From the human T2T-CHM13v2.0 reference genome, Homo sapiens: 64,000 nucleotides of DNA. The stretch lies in assembly GCF_009914755.1 (NCBI RefSeq), contig NC_060928.1; one strand, written 5' to 3'. A model generated the notes under the pieces. The model had not been told where the DNA came from. It saw nothing but the letters and a program-made list of their open reading frames with translations, and ran no database searches. Within the stretch, counting starts at the first letter, position 1. Each line of letters begins with the position of its first letter. The translations under genes and the position numbers were made by a program. Shown here piece by piece: positions 53,732-64,000 of the stretch.

Positions 53732-54495
53732 GACACTGTTGGTGAGATTGTAAATTAATATAGCCACTATGGAAAACAGAATGGGGATTCCACAAAAAAT
53801 TGAAATTAGAACTAATATGATTCAACAATATTGTGTATACATCCAAAGGAAATGAAATCAGTATGTTGAAGAGATCTGCACTCCCATGTTTATTGCAACA
53901 CTATTTACAACAGCCAAGATATTAAATCAACCCTTCAAACTAAGTGTTCAACACTAGATGAAATTGTAGTGTATATACCTAATGGAATACTATTCGGCAA
54001 TAAATAAATAATAAAATCCTGTCATTTTTGGATGGACCTTCAGGACATCATGTTAAGTGAAATAAACCAGACACAGAAAGACAAATACCACATGATCTCA
54101 CTCACGTGGAATATAACAAACAAACAAACAACAACGACAATGACAAAAGAGTTGATATCATCAAAGCAGAGTTAGAACAGTGGTTACCAGAGACTGAGGA
54201 AGGGACAATGGAGACATTTATGTCAACGGATGCAAAGTTACAGTTAAATAGGTGGAATAAATTCTGGTGTTCTATTACACAGCAGGATGGTGGATAACAG
54301 CAAGTTATTGTATATTACAAAACAACTAGAAGAGAGGCTTTGAATATTCTTACCACAAATCAATGATAAAGCATGAGGTAATGGGTATACTAAGTAATCT
54401 GATATGATCATATAACATGTATATGTATTGAAATATCAAATTATAACACATAAATATGTACAATTACAATGTGCCAATTTAAATCAATAAGTAAA
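53732..54495 (+). mobile_element. L1MA-type LINE 3' end
   Basis: ACACTGTTGGTGAGATTGTAAATT...ATCTGCACTCCCATGTTTATTGCA...GTTAAGTGAAATAAACCAGACACAGAAAGACAAATACCACATGATCTCACTCA...AATATGTACAATTAC. Confidence 0.9.
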
Positions 54496-54719
54496 TAATA
54501 CAAATCTCCTAAACCAGAAAAAAAAAACAACACAAGTTGGCATAAAGTTTTTGTTTCCTCTCAGTGTCTTTCTTAAACACATTTTCATGGTGTCTTAAGG
54601 TAGGAACACCACAACTGAGAAATGATATTACTTAAAAAATGATCAATAGTGGAAATATTAACATTTGATTGAGATTGTAGACATTGTTTCTCAAATGTTG
54701 AAATCCATAACATAGCTAT

Positions 54720-54780
54720 TTGAAAATATATCAGAAATATGTTGAAAACATATCAGGAATATGTGTATATTGAAAACATA
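54720..54780. repeat. Short minisatellite, ~22 bp unit, about 2.5 copies
   Basis: TTGAAAATATATCAGAAATATG / TTGAAAACATATCAGGAATATG / TTGAAAACATA. Confidence 0.75.
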
Positions 54781-55823
54781 AAAAATGAATTTAAAAGGAG
54801 AAAAAAGTATTTATTTTGCAAAGTCCTTTCTCTTCTTTCTGTTTTTAGCTATTAGCTGCAGAAATTAATTGAAATGAATATTTTTCTCTTGTGAGGAAAC
54901 AGAAGTGAAGAAGGAGTTGTGCGCAGTGCACATTCAGCTTGTGTTTTTAATCTCAAATGAAATAGCAAATTATTTCACTTAATTTCTTTAAAACAAAATA
55001 ACAGAAATTATTCATTTTTTTGCTCAGAAACTAGCAAGTACACATTCAAAAACTGTTTTTTGGATGGATTCAAAACTCATACAAAACTGATATTCATCGT
55101 TGGTCTTTATAAAGAAGAAGAAGGCTGGAGAAAAAAATTATTAGTATTTTTACCTGATATCATTCATGTATCTGAGCTAGTGAAATGTACATATATATCG
55201 TATATAAATGTCTATTTTTCTATAACTGACTTAGGCTAATGAAATAATGTTAGTTTTATGTAGGCTTTCATAGCTTTCAACTTGTAACTTTGGTCAAACT
55301 TGCCTGGTAATTTTAATCGTTTTCTTCTGAAAGTGCTTGGATGACACATCTAATTGAAGTATTTCCTGTTCTGTATTATATTTACTTATTTATAAATTTA
55401 ATTTCTCCAAAATAATTTGAGTTTCCAGCAAACACTGATGTTATCATATTCACTTAAATACAATTTATTTGTAAATAATCATAATTCATGTATGTTAATA
55501 TTTATTGCATATCAAAAATGGCTTACAAAATATAGCTCAATTCATAGTACTGCAGCCTTTACTATATTTAAAATATTTTTAAAGATGCTTCTATTTCAGT
55601 GGTATCATTTCTTATAATTAATAGGTATCATGAATGAATTTTAAGTTTCATAACTTTTGTGAGATGCTCTTCACAGAAGCCTTTTGAAAATATGTTTTCT
55701 ACTTTTTGGATACAGATGAATTCTTTTATATTAACCTTGTTATTTTTGTGTACCTGTGTTAAAATTCTGTGTACATCATGCAACCTAAAACTAACCTAGT
55801 AACATGATGGATTATATGATCCC

Positions 55824-56435
55824 TGTGGCAGGTTTTCTTTATGCAAAGATAGCTGCACCAATTTCAGTCATCCCACAGGCTCTTCTGCCATGTGACCTTA
55901 CCACTCCCCCAACAAGTGACTCAGATTGCTTCCCTTTGCAGCCCTGCATCTTGCCTGGCCATCCAAACTCACTTGTTACCAATAGAATGGGGCAAATATG
56001 ACACTGAATACTTCCAAAGTTAGGTCAGAGAAAGTCTTGCAGCTTCCTTCTGCCTTCCTCTCTTGGAACCCTTGCTTTCTGGACATTCCCTTTTTAGATG
56101 CTCTCTTGGAACTCAACCACCATGTTTTGAGTAGCCTAAGTTATATGAAGGGGTGTAGGCATATTACATTCAACAGTCTCAGCTGAGCCAACTTCCGTGT
56201 TATGTTGGCCCAGGCATCAGACATGTGAGTGAAGAAGCCTCCAATGATACTGATCCCTAGTTCTCTGAGATGTTCCGAGCTCTTTCAGTCTTTCCAGCTA
56301 AGATCTCAAAGATTGTGGAACAGAGATGAGCCAACCCACTGAATTCTTTGCAGACTCCTGACACACAGATTCTATTTTTGTGCTATATCACTAAGTTTGG
56401 GTGGTTTATTACACACTATTAAAGAATTGGAATAC
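55824..56435 (+). mobile_element. Old MaLR LTR (MLT1G/H-like)
   Basis: TGTGGCAG...CAAAGATAGCTGCA...ACCAATAGAATG...AGACATGTGAGTGAAGAAGCCTCC...CACTAAGTTTGGGTGGTTT. Confidence 0.8.
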
Positions 56436-57284
56436 TTCTCAATAAATAAATATTTGATATTCTCAGATACCTACACCTGTAGAATATTATATATAATTTA
56501 ATGGAATTTTTATACTCATGTGTGAAATTTCCTAATATATTTTTAAAAATTGACTAAATAAGAATGTAAATTACATGTAGGACAATAACCTAAGATGGGA
56601 AATATACTGCCATATTATTACCATCATATTAAACAAAATAAGTCATAACTGGATGAACTAATTCTGTAGTCAGGAGGTTCAAACTTGTTCTTTAGGAAAA
56701 AGAATACTAAGTATATAATTTAACTCAAATCATTTAAATCCTGAAACCCTAATATCTAATTTAAAAATTAATATTGTGTTATATTAAAAATAAGAGCTCT
56801 GCATTTATTGAAGCATACTGTCTTTTGATTTTCTATATTTATTTTCTAGTTTATTTACTTGGTTACATAAACACTGTTGTACTTAATCCATTTTTGAGGT
56901 TTTTGCAAAGAAGTGTAAGTTTCTTTCTCAACTGTATTGCAATTATGCATTCTTTAGTTAAGAAAATAGCAGAATGATTTTTATTCTTAAATATGATAAT
57001 ATAGATTGGAATAAATCTGGTCATATAATTTTTTCCATTTCAAAGACATATCAATCTTGGAAGAAAGCAATAAAATAATAGTAAACACTTCAGTAGTACA
57101 GATTATTAGGCAGACATCTTTCCCAATTTTTACTACATACCTATAATAAAGGGATACTATAATATGGTACTTTTTCTACCTTTGATTTTGCAGAGGAGGA
57201 AACTGAGAGACAGTTTACCTCAGTTTGCTTTTAAGTACTGAAGCTAGGATCCAACTGAGCTTTTAAGCTCTACACTCTACTGAC

Positions 57285-57639
57285 TGATATGGTTTGGCTC
57301 TGTGTCCCCACCTAAATCGCATCTCAAACTGTAATGCCCTAATCCCCAGGTGTCAAGGGAGGGACCTGGTGGGAGGTGATTGGATCAAGGAGGTGAATTC
57401 CCCCATGCTGCTCTCATGATAATGAGTTCTCAAGAGACCTGATGGCTTTATAAGTGTTTGACAGTTCCTCCTTTGCCTGCCACCATGTAAGATGTGCCTG
57501 TTTCCCCTTCAGCCATGATTGTAAGTTTCCTGAGGCCTCCTCAGCCGTGCAGAACTGTAAGTCAATTAAATCTCTTTACTTTATAAATTAGCCAGTCTCG
57601 GGTAATATCTTTATAGCAGTGTGAAAACAGACCAGTATA
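57285..57639 (+). mobile_element. THE1D/MST-type MaLR solo LTR inserted at the end of a MIR
   Basis: TGATATGGTTTGGCTCTGTGTCCCCACC...GTGTCAAGGGAGGGACCTGGTGGGAGG...CCATGATTGTAAGTTTCCTGAGGCCTCC. TSD CTGAC / CTGCC. Confidence 0.9.
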
Positions 57640-60135
57640 CTGCCTCTACAGAAGTTTCCTGCACAGGAATGGTTTTCTCTTGCCTCTACAGAGGGTCCTA
57701 CCAAGGTTTCTAGCAAGGAATGAGTCAGGCAGAATTTCATGGACAACTCAGTTAAAATGCATTTAAACTGTTTGTAGGTTCTCTTGCAATCATTTTAGCT
57801 TTTATTTTATTCTAGACCTTAAAAACTAAACTATTGAATTGATTTGAGGTTAAAAACTTGAAGCTAGTGGATATCTTGTTTATATAAAAGTTACATATTT
57901 AAAACATAGAAATTTCCTTTTTTGGTTTGTGACTTTATGCAAATCTTACTTAATGTAGTGAAGAAAAGACCAGAAATTATATTTCAAAGGACAAAGAAAC
58001 CCAGGAGACAGAAGGTATCCAGTCAGCATCCAAATGAGGGGCAGCTGTGCTTTGAAAATGTGTTCATTTGTTCTTCCCACATAGCACCACGACCTGCCTA
58101 GTACGCAACAATTCAATGCCTGAGAGATTTCACACCTGAACTTCTTTCTCACTGGTCCCACTCCATATGCACTTCACCTTGTACACATAGCTTCAGTAAT
58201 TACTGCTTTGTCAACATGTAAAATCTTCATGAAAAGGTTTAAAATAATTGCAATCTGTTACTAGGACTCTTCTATATCTTTTCACACCCTGTGCTTGCAG
58301 CATTTCTTTATAGCTGATCTTGTATATTTAATAGACAATATAAAATGACATATTCAGCAAAGTGATCATTTTTACTATTCATATTTTAAAAACTGAATTA
58401 ATAACCAAGTCATGAAACTTCAAAAGAAATGAAGTGACTAAAGCCATTAAAACAAAGCTCCATCTTTAATACAAATTATGTGAGGCCAAGGTATGAATAC
58501 TATTATTAATATCTTAACTCTATCAATCTGGTAGAAGATTTTTAAAAGTTTATTCGATAGTTGCAGATTTCTGTCTTTCGAAATCTCTCAGCCTTTCACC
58601 AAGTTCTTCACTTTCTTCTTTCTCCCATACCAACAACCTCCAATTTATGGAAAACCTATCTTTGAAGGAAAGAGAAATCAGTAAGACTTGATTAAATCTT
58701 GAGTAACACTTTGGTTTCCAGAAGTCAGAATTGACTCTTGAATTTACTAACCACAGCAATCCTCCAGAAATGGATAGCATGTCCAGAAGTGTAGTGTTAG
58801 GTTCAAACTTACTTAAATATGTGTTTCCCCTTTCTTTTCTTTTCCCTATATGCTAAGAATGCTTATGGGCATAAACTAGTTAACTTTAACTCTCTACAAC
58901 TGTACTAGAGTCTGGTGTGCTATTCTTCCAGTGTCACCAGCACAAATTTCAACCATTTTTTAGTATCTTAAATATCTTTCTTTTCTCTTGACCTTTCACA
59001 TGTTCCTTTTAACATTGTTGTTTTCACCCCAGGCTGTGCCAAAACTTGATAAAGTGTTTGAAGATGATGATTATGACTCTGTACCGTGGACAATACTGGA
59101 GAAACCTATGCTTGTTATCAGAGATGCTGTGGGATAAAATGATAATAAATAAGGTCATCTAAGCCTTGGATACCAGAACTCTCAATCTGGAAATGCACTT
59201 AGAGAATGAAATTTATGATAAGAGCAGAGTCGAAATGGGGCAGAAAGAGGGAGCAATTGGACAGAATACTGAGCATTGGAGTTGGAGGTATCACCCTATT
59301 TTTTGATTATTTAAGATGGGAGAATTTAAAAATTAGACTCAGTTGGGAATTAAATACCACCCTTGATAATTTATACCAATGAATGGCCTATGTATTTGAA
59401 TGAAAGACACTCATGTGCTAAAATACTGAAAGAAAAATTGGTTATATCTCAGTGGTAGAACTATAAAATATATCTGTAATAAATTTCTAAACAGTTACTT
59501 CTGAATTTATTTTCAATTTATTCTAGAAAGAATAAAGGCAAGATAAACACACTGAGATCAATAACATTAGTATCTCTCACTTGCCATTAAATGACAATGA
59601 AATTTGGCTTGAAGTTCCCTGAATGTCAAAGCAAAGCAAGAAACACATTCAATGTAACAGTCTTATATTTTTACACAAATACTATTTTCTGCTGATAAGA
59701 TATGAGCACAATTTCCTCCATGGAGTAAAAGCACTCTGAGGACATCTGTAACACCATGAATAATATTTCCGTTGTAGACACAATGACAGAGTTCAAGGCA
59801 ATTCAGTACATACATGTAGAAACATTTTTGTGTATTACTGCTACAGTAGATTTTCAATTTTTCTGTGCTCTCTAATAACCCTAAGCCAATTACAAGTGTT
59901 TTAACAATGTTATCATCATTACTTCATATTTTTATAGAAATTTACAATATTGTTGGAAATAAAAAATCAAGTACTAAGGATTTTTGTTTGAATGCTGACT
60001 TTGTATTGGGTGAGGAACAAAAAAGGGAAGCAATTCAGGCATGACCTCTGGTCAGGCCCTGTATCTGTTTATTTACCTGTTTTCTGGCTCACTTATGTTT
60101 CCTGATCTGTGTTATCTCACCTACAATCACAAATA

Positions 60136-60219
60136 GGCCATAGGCACCTGCATGCATAGTGGATTGTGCTACCAGAAGGAAACCCTGAAATTATGAAACA
60201 CAAACTTGTAATCAGTTGG
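60136..60219 (+). repeat. Two-part templated copy of the LTR at 61672-62230 (69 bp + 16 bp, perfect identity)
   Basis: 60136-60204 is identical to 61880-61948, and 60204-60219 is identical to 61714-61729. Confidence 0.92.
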
Positions 60220-60989
60220 TCTCCATTTCTAATTTTGGTATCTATCTCAAATACATTTTGGATCTCTGTGGTCCCAGAGGCAAAGCTTGTACCTGCACTT
60301 TGTTGCATTTGTGAAAAATCCTGGCACTTAACTTCTCTGACAGTTGATGATCACTAACTCATGGAAGCAGAGAGAAGGAAAAACAGAAAGTGAAAAAGGA
60401 AACACAGAGAAGTCTAAGGTAGACTGGGTACAGGAGGAAAGTGGGAGAACTCCCTCCCATCTTATTAGTTCACTTAGCTCTAGTTAACCTGGGAGCCTGA
60501 AAAAGGAGGTTAGATTGTTATGCTGAATTCACAGCAGTTTCTTCAGAAGGTGAATTAAGCCTGTTCAAATTTGAAAATCTATAAGGAACGCAGGTATTTT
60601 TTGGTTAAACTCATATACCTCTAAGAAGCAATTTGAATTCTTCATAAAATTTGGCTAAATTGTGTAAGTTGTTCAAGCTAAGTAATCATATTTAATAATA
60701 ATCAAATAATGTTAATAGGAGTTTGCTTTAAAGGAAGAACAATAACAAAAATAAAACAGACAACACAACAGTAACAACAAAAACTAATGGTCAGAGGAGG
60801 AGATATTAAAAATATCTGATGATTTCAAATTGACAGTAGTGAGCTAAGGAATCTGGTAGTAGACAACTGGAGTATTTGCATCCATGGCCCATCCAGCAGA
60901 ATCCCAGCTATATAGAGTTCAAAGCTTTTTGTTTTGGGTTAAGTGAAGGTTGCCAGGTGGAAGTAAGGAGGGAGAGTGCTAAGTGAAAA

Positions 60990-61176
60990 TGCGATATTAC
61001 CTGCATGCGTTTTATTAACAGTAGCAGTTCTACTGTCCAGCCCACCACCACTGGATTGCCCTGTGTGTAAGTCTAATTATTAAACCCTATGTCTTGTTCA
61101 CTGGCTCCAGGTCCCTTCTTTGGCCTCTCCAACATGGTACTGTACATACCAAGTCAACAGGGGTCTAGTATGACAA
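60990..61176 (+). mobile_element. ERV LTR 3' fragment inside L2-like sequence
   Basis: CAGCCCACCACCACTGGA...ATTAAACCCTATGTCT...CTTCTTTGGCCTCT...TGACA, an LTR-style R/U5 end. Family not firmly identified. Confidence 0.5.
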
Positions 61177-61671
61177 TAGTGCCAGGGACAGCTCCTGGAC
61201 TTCATGGGAAAAAGGAGTGGCATGACAACACTATAGTTAAAAAGGACCTCACTGGCTGCTGTGTGGGGATAGACTGGCTGTGATCAAGAACAGAAGATGG
61301 AGATAGCTTAAGAGATTATTGCAGAATTTCAGGTAAAATAAAAGTGGTAGTTTGGATTAAAGTAATCAAGGAAGAGGTGGTAAAAAGTGATCACAGTCAG
61401 GACACATTCTCAAGATGGAAGCAAGGGCAATTCCTGATGATTCTGATGTGGGAAGTTAATGAAACAGAGGAATCAAACATGAAAAATTCAGAGGAAATGC
61501 ACTGTGCAATCAGTTTTAAAGTTAGCACATTAGGCCAAGGTGTTTCTGGCATCATCATAACAGTCATATCAGTGACTTTGCCTTAATTTTTTGGCTCAAT
61601 CAAGTGTTTTATGATTCATCCATGTAGATGAATATACCTAGAGTAGATTATATCTTATTACTTAATTTATT

Positions 61672-62230
61672 GTTCAGCTATCAAGAAGTCTGAAAGGTCT
61701 GAGATTTTAGCCTACTTGTAATCAGTTGGCATATCTCAGTTCATGAATGCTCCTAGAATACACAAAACTCCTGGGTCAGAGACAAAGAACTTTATTACTC
61801 ATGGCATAATAAGCAACGTGTGTGTTAATGTATTTTTCTGGTACTCTGAGCTTCAATTTCCAGAGGGTGACAAGAAGAGGGCCATAGGCACCTGCATGCA
61901 TAGTGGATTGTGCTACCAGAAGGAAACCCTGAAATTATGAAACACAAATCTTTTATAATGGGAAACCAGCATGCCTGCTTTAACCTGGACAGGGAGACAT
62001 CATTTTACTCCACAATAAACAGATCGGCCTTTTGCTCTCGGGGAAGGCAGTACATATCTCTTTCATGGCTATAAGCAGATCTGCCCTTTGCTCCAGGGTG
62101 AGACACTGCATATTTCAAAGCTGCTGACTATACGAAGGTTCTTGAAATTATAGTCCAGAAAAAAGGGTTTTCAGCGTCTCCTTCGCAAAGTGTACAGAAA
62201 AGCAAAAGACCTATAATCATCTCCCAGCAA
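61672..62230 (-). mobile_element. ERVL solo LTR (LTR40-like)
   Basis: TG...CA ends, GTCTGAGATTTTAGCCTACTTG...CTCCTGGGTCAGAGACAAAGAACTTTATTACTC, and internal repeats CTGCCCTTTGCTCCAGGG. Confidence 0.7.
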
Positions 62231-62315
62231 TGTGTATAACAATTTATTTTTTCTAAACTTACTAGATGTTTGAATGATTTTCAGACTTTTGTACTATAAG
62301 TAATACTGCTGAAAA

Positions 62316-62454
62316 CATTTTTTCATTCTATTTTTGTAGAGACAGGGTTTTAGTATTTTGCCCTGGCTTGTCTCAAACTCCTGGGCTCAAGCACTCCACC
62401 TACTTTGGCCTCCAAAAGTGCTAGAACTACAGGTGTGAGCCACTGCACCAGGCC
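62316..62454 (-). mobile_element. Alu monomer (FLAM-like) within an antisense L1M fragment (~62230-63020)
   Basis: TTTGTAGAGACAGGGTTT...AACTCCTGGGCTCAAGCA...AGGTGTGAGCCACTGCACCAGGCC. Confidence 0.85.
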
Positions 62455-63289
62455 TGAAAACATTCTTATACATGTCCTCTGGTTCATGTGTACAAGAGTT
62501 TTCTAGTATCTGTTCTTAAGAGGTGAATTACTAGATTGTATTTTCACCAGCAGTATATAATTATTTTCATTGCATTTCATCTTCAGTAATCCTTTACACT
62601 GTCAAACTTCTACTTTGGTCAATCTCATGAGTGTAAAATAATATCTGAACTTAGATTTAATTTTTATCTCTTAATTTTAAAGTTATCTGTTGTTTTTCTT
62701 TTGCTTCTGAAAAATTACATTTATTATATATCCCATTTTTAAATTCAGTTATCTTTTTCTTAATTAGTAAGTATGCTAATAAGTATGTTATGGATACTAC
62801 TCTGTCAATTTTATGTGGGTATGTACCTTCCAGATTGGGGGTTTGTTGTGAAAATATCTTTGATATCTTTCGAAGAATGGTCTTACTTTCCATATGGTTT
62901 ATTTTTAATGTAATTAAAATTATTACTATTTCCTCTTACAGTGTTGTTTGCCATATAGTTAAGAAACCTGTTACTAGTGAGGTCATAAATGTTTTTTATT
63001 AATGTTTTATTAATGTTTAACTGTTTGGCTTCTTTACTTCTTCCACTTGGGATAAATTAGGTTTTTGAATCTGAGAACTGGTGTCCTAACCCTAACCGTG
63101 ACCTAGGGGTTAAGGCCCTTAAAAGCATGTGTACTGTATTCCAGCACAGATCTTGTACACACAGAAGCAGCACTGACTGCATCATCTCCGGACCATTTAA
63201 TTGATTCTCCTGCTTTGCCCCCATATGTATGGATATTTCCAAAGATTTAGTACTTTATCCCCAGTTCTTTACTTATCAGTGGAAAATTG

Positions 63290-63850
63290 ACATCTTGATC
63301 ACAAAATTTTAGATCACCTGTAATTCTTAACTGTAGCTCTGGTGTCTTTTATACTATCTCCATGTCCTATACTGCTGATAGAACACTTCAATTCAGATGA
63401 CTCCCTCCTGAAACGTCAAAGATTCGCCATGCTTCTTTTTTCAAAAAGTCATTATCTTTCCAAAACAAGTGCCTTTTTCTGTCTCTCTAAATCTTATAAA
63501 TAATGCCAGTATTCTCCAAGTTACCCAGGCTCCAAGCTGAGTGTCAACTTTTACTTTCTCATTTTGTCTCTTATTTCCTTCTGTATCATTCCTAACTATG
63601 TTTTGGTGTTCATAATTTCTTCTGTATTATGATGACAGCTTTCCAAGTGGTCTCCCTGCTATGGAAATCCCTCTCTACTTCAACCTATCCTACATAGGAG
63701 AAGTGAATACACTTCCTAAAGCATTATTATGATGGTCTGCTTCTCAACCACCACTTTAAATCTACAATTAAGCCTCATAATCACAAAATAAAGTACAAAC
63801 TTCTCTATTACAATATCTGGTGCCTATCATGATTTAGCTGGCTTAGCTGT
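63290..63850 (+). mobile_element. L2 fragment
   Basis: Pyrimidine-rich L2 text: TCTCCAAGTTACCCAGGCTCCAA...GGTCTCCCTGCT...CAACCTATCCTACA. Confidence 0.6.
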
Positions 63851-63936
63851 CATTCTAACTTTACAACAAAACTGTTATTGGGTAGAAAAACCTGTTACTA
63901 ATTTTCTCCATAATTATGCATCTCTTCACCCCACTT

Positions 63937-63975
63937 ACGCACGTGCGCGCGCACACACACACACACACACACACG
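63937..63975. repeat. Compound (CG)n-(CA)n microsatellite
   Basis: ACGCACGTGCGCGCGCACACACACAC... seen directly. Confidence 0.92.
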
Positions 63976-64000
63976 CTCACGTGTTTTTTTTATTTTGCCT

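Noticed and set aside
57641-57692. 12 bp direct repeat TGCCTCTACAGA 40 bp apart (similar TAGGAGGAAACT pair near 3325 and 3353)
   Set aside because: Short, with no tail or recognisable insert between the copies. Ordinary micro-duplication.
59033-59137. Plus-strand acceptor with reading AVPKLDKVFEDDDYDSVPWTILEKPMLVIRDAVG*
   Set aside because: No recognisable homologue, no linked plus-strand exons and no good donor, so it cannot be supported as a CDS.
63085-63115. CCTAACCCTAACC...TAGGGGTTAAGG telomere-like motif
   Set aside because: Only about two units, too short to call an interstitial telomeric sequence.

Overview
AT-rich, CpG-poor primate (very probably human) genomic DNA, intronic or intergenic, with no intact protein-coding gene that I can recognise. 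Much of it is interspersed repeat: AluY/Sc/Sp/J and FLAM monomers, a ~8 kb decayed L1MC-type LINE (~32.9-41.1 kb), a complete MSTA LTR-internal-LTR element, solo MaLR/ERVL LTRs, L2, MIR and hAT DNA transposons. Repeat subfamily names are from memory of consensus sequences, not from a database search. The main non-repeat feature is a decayed intronless talin-2 (TLN2) retrocopy at 17362-18182. It covers only the N-terminal head (F0, F1, part of F2) and stops at what I recall to be an exon donor, running on into GT-initiated intron-like sequence, so it may be the fossil of an intron-terminated 'head-only' TLN2 transcript. The window also has several short-range templated duplications of different ages (one is a perfect two-segment patch), a ~40 bp micro-retroinsertion with a 21 bp target-site duplication, a 27 bp-arm hairpin, a PBX/HOX/MEIS motif cluster and a few candidate minus-strand non-coding exons.
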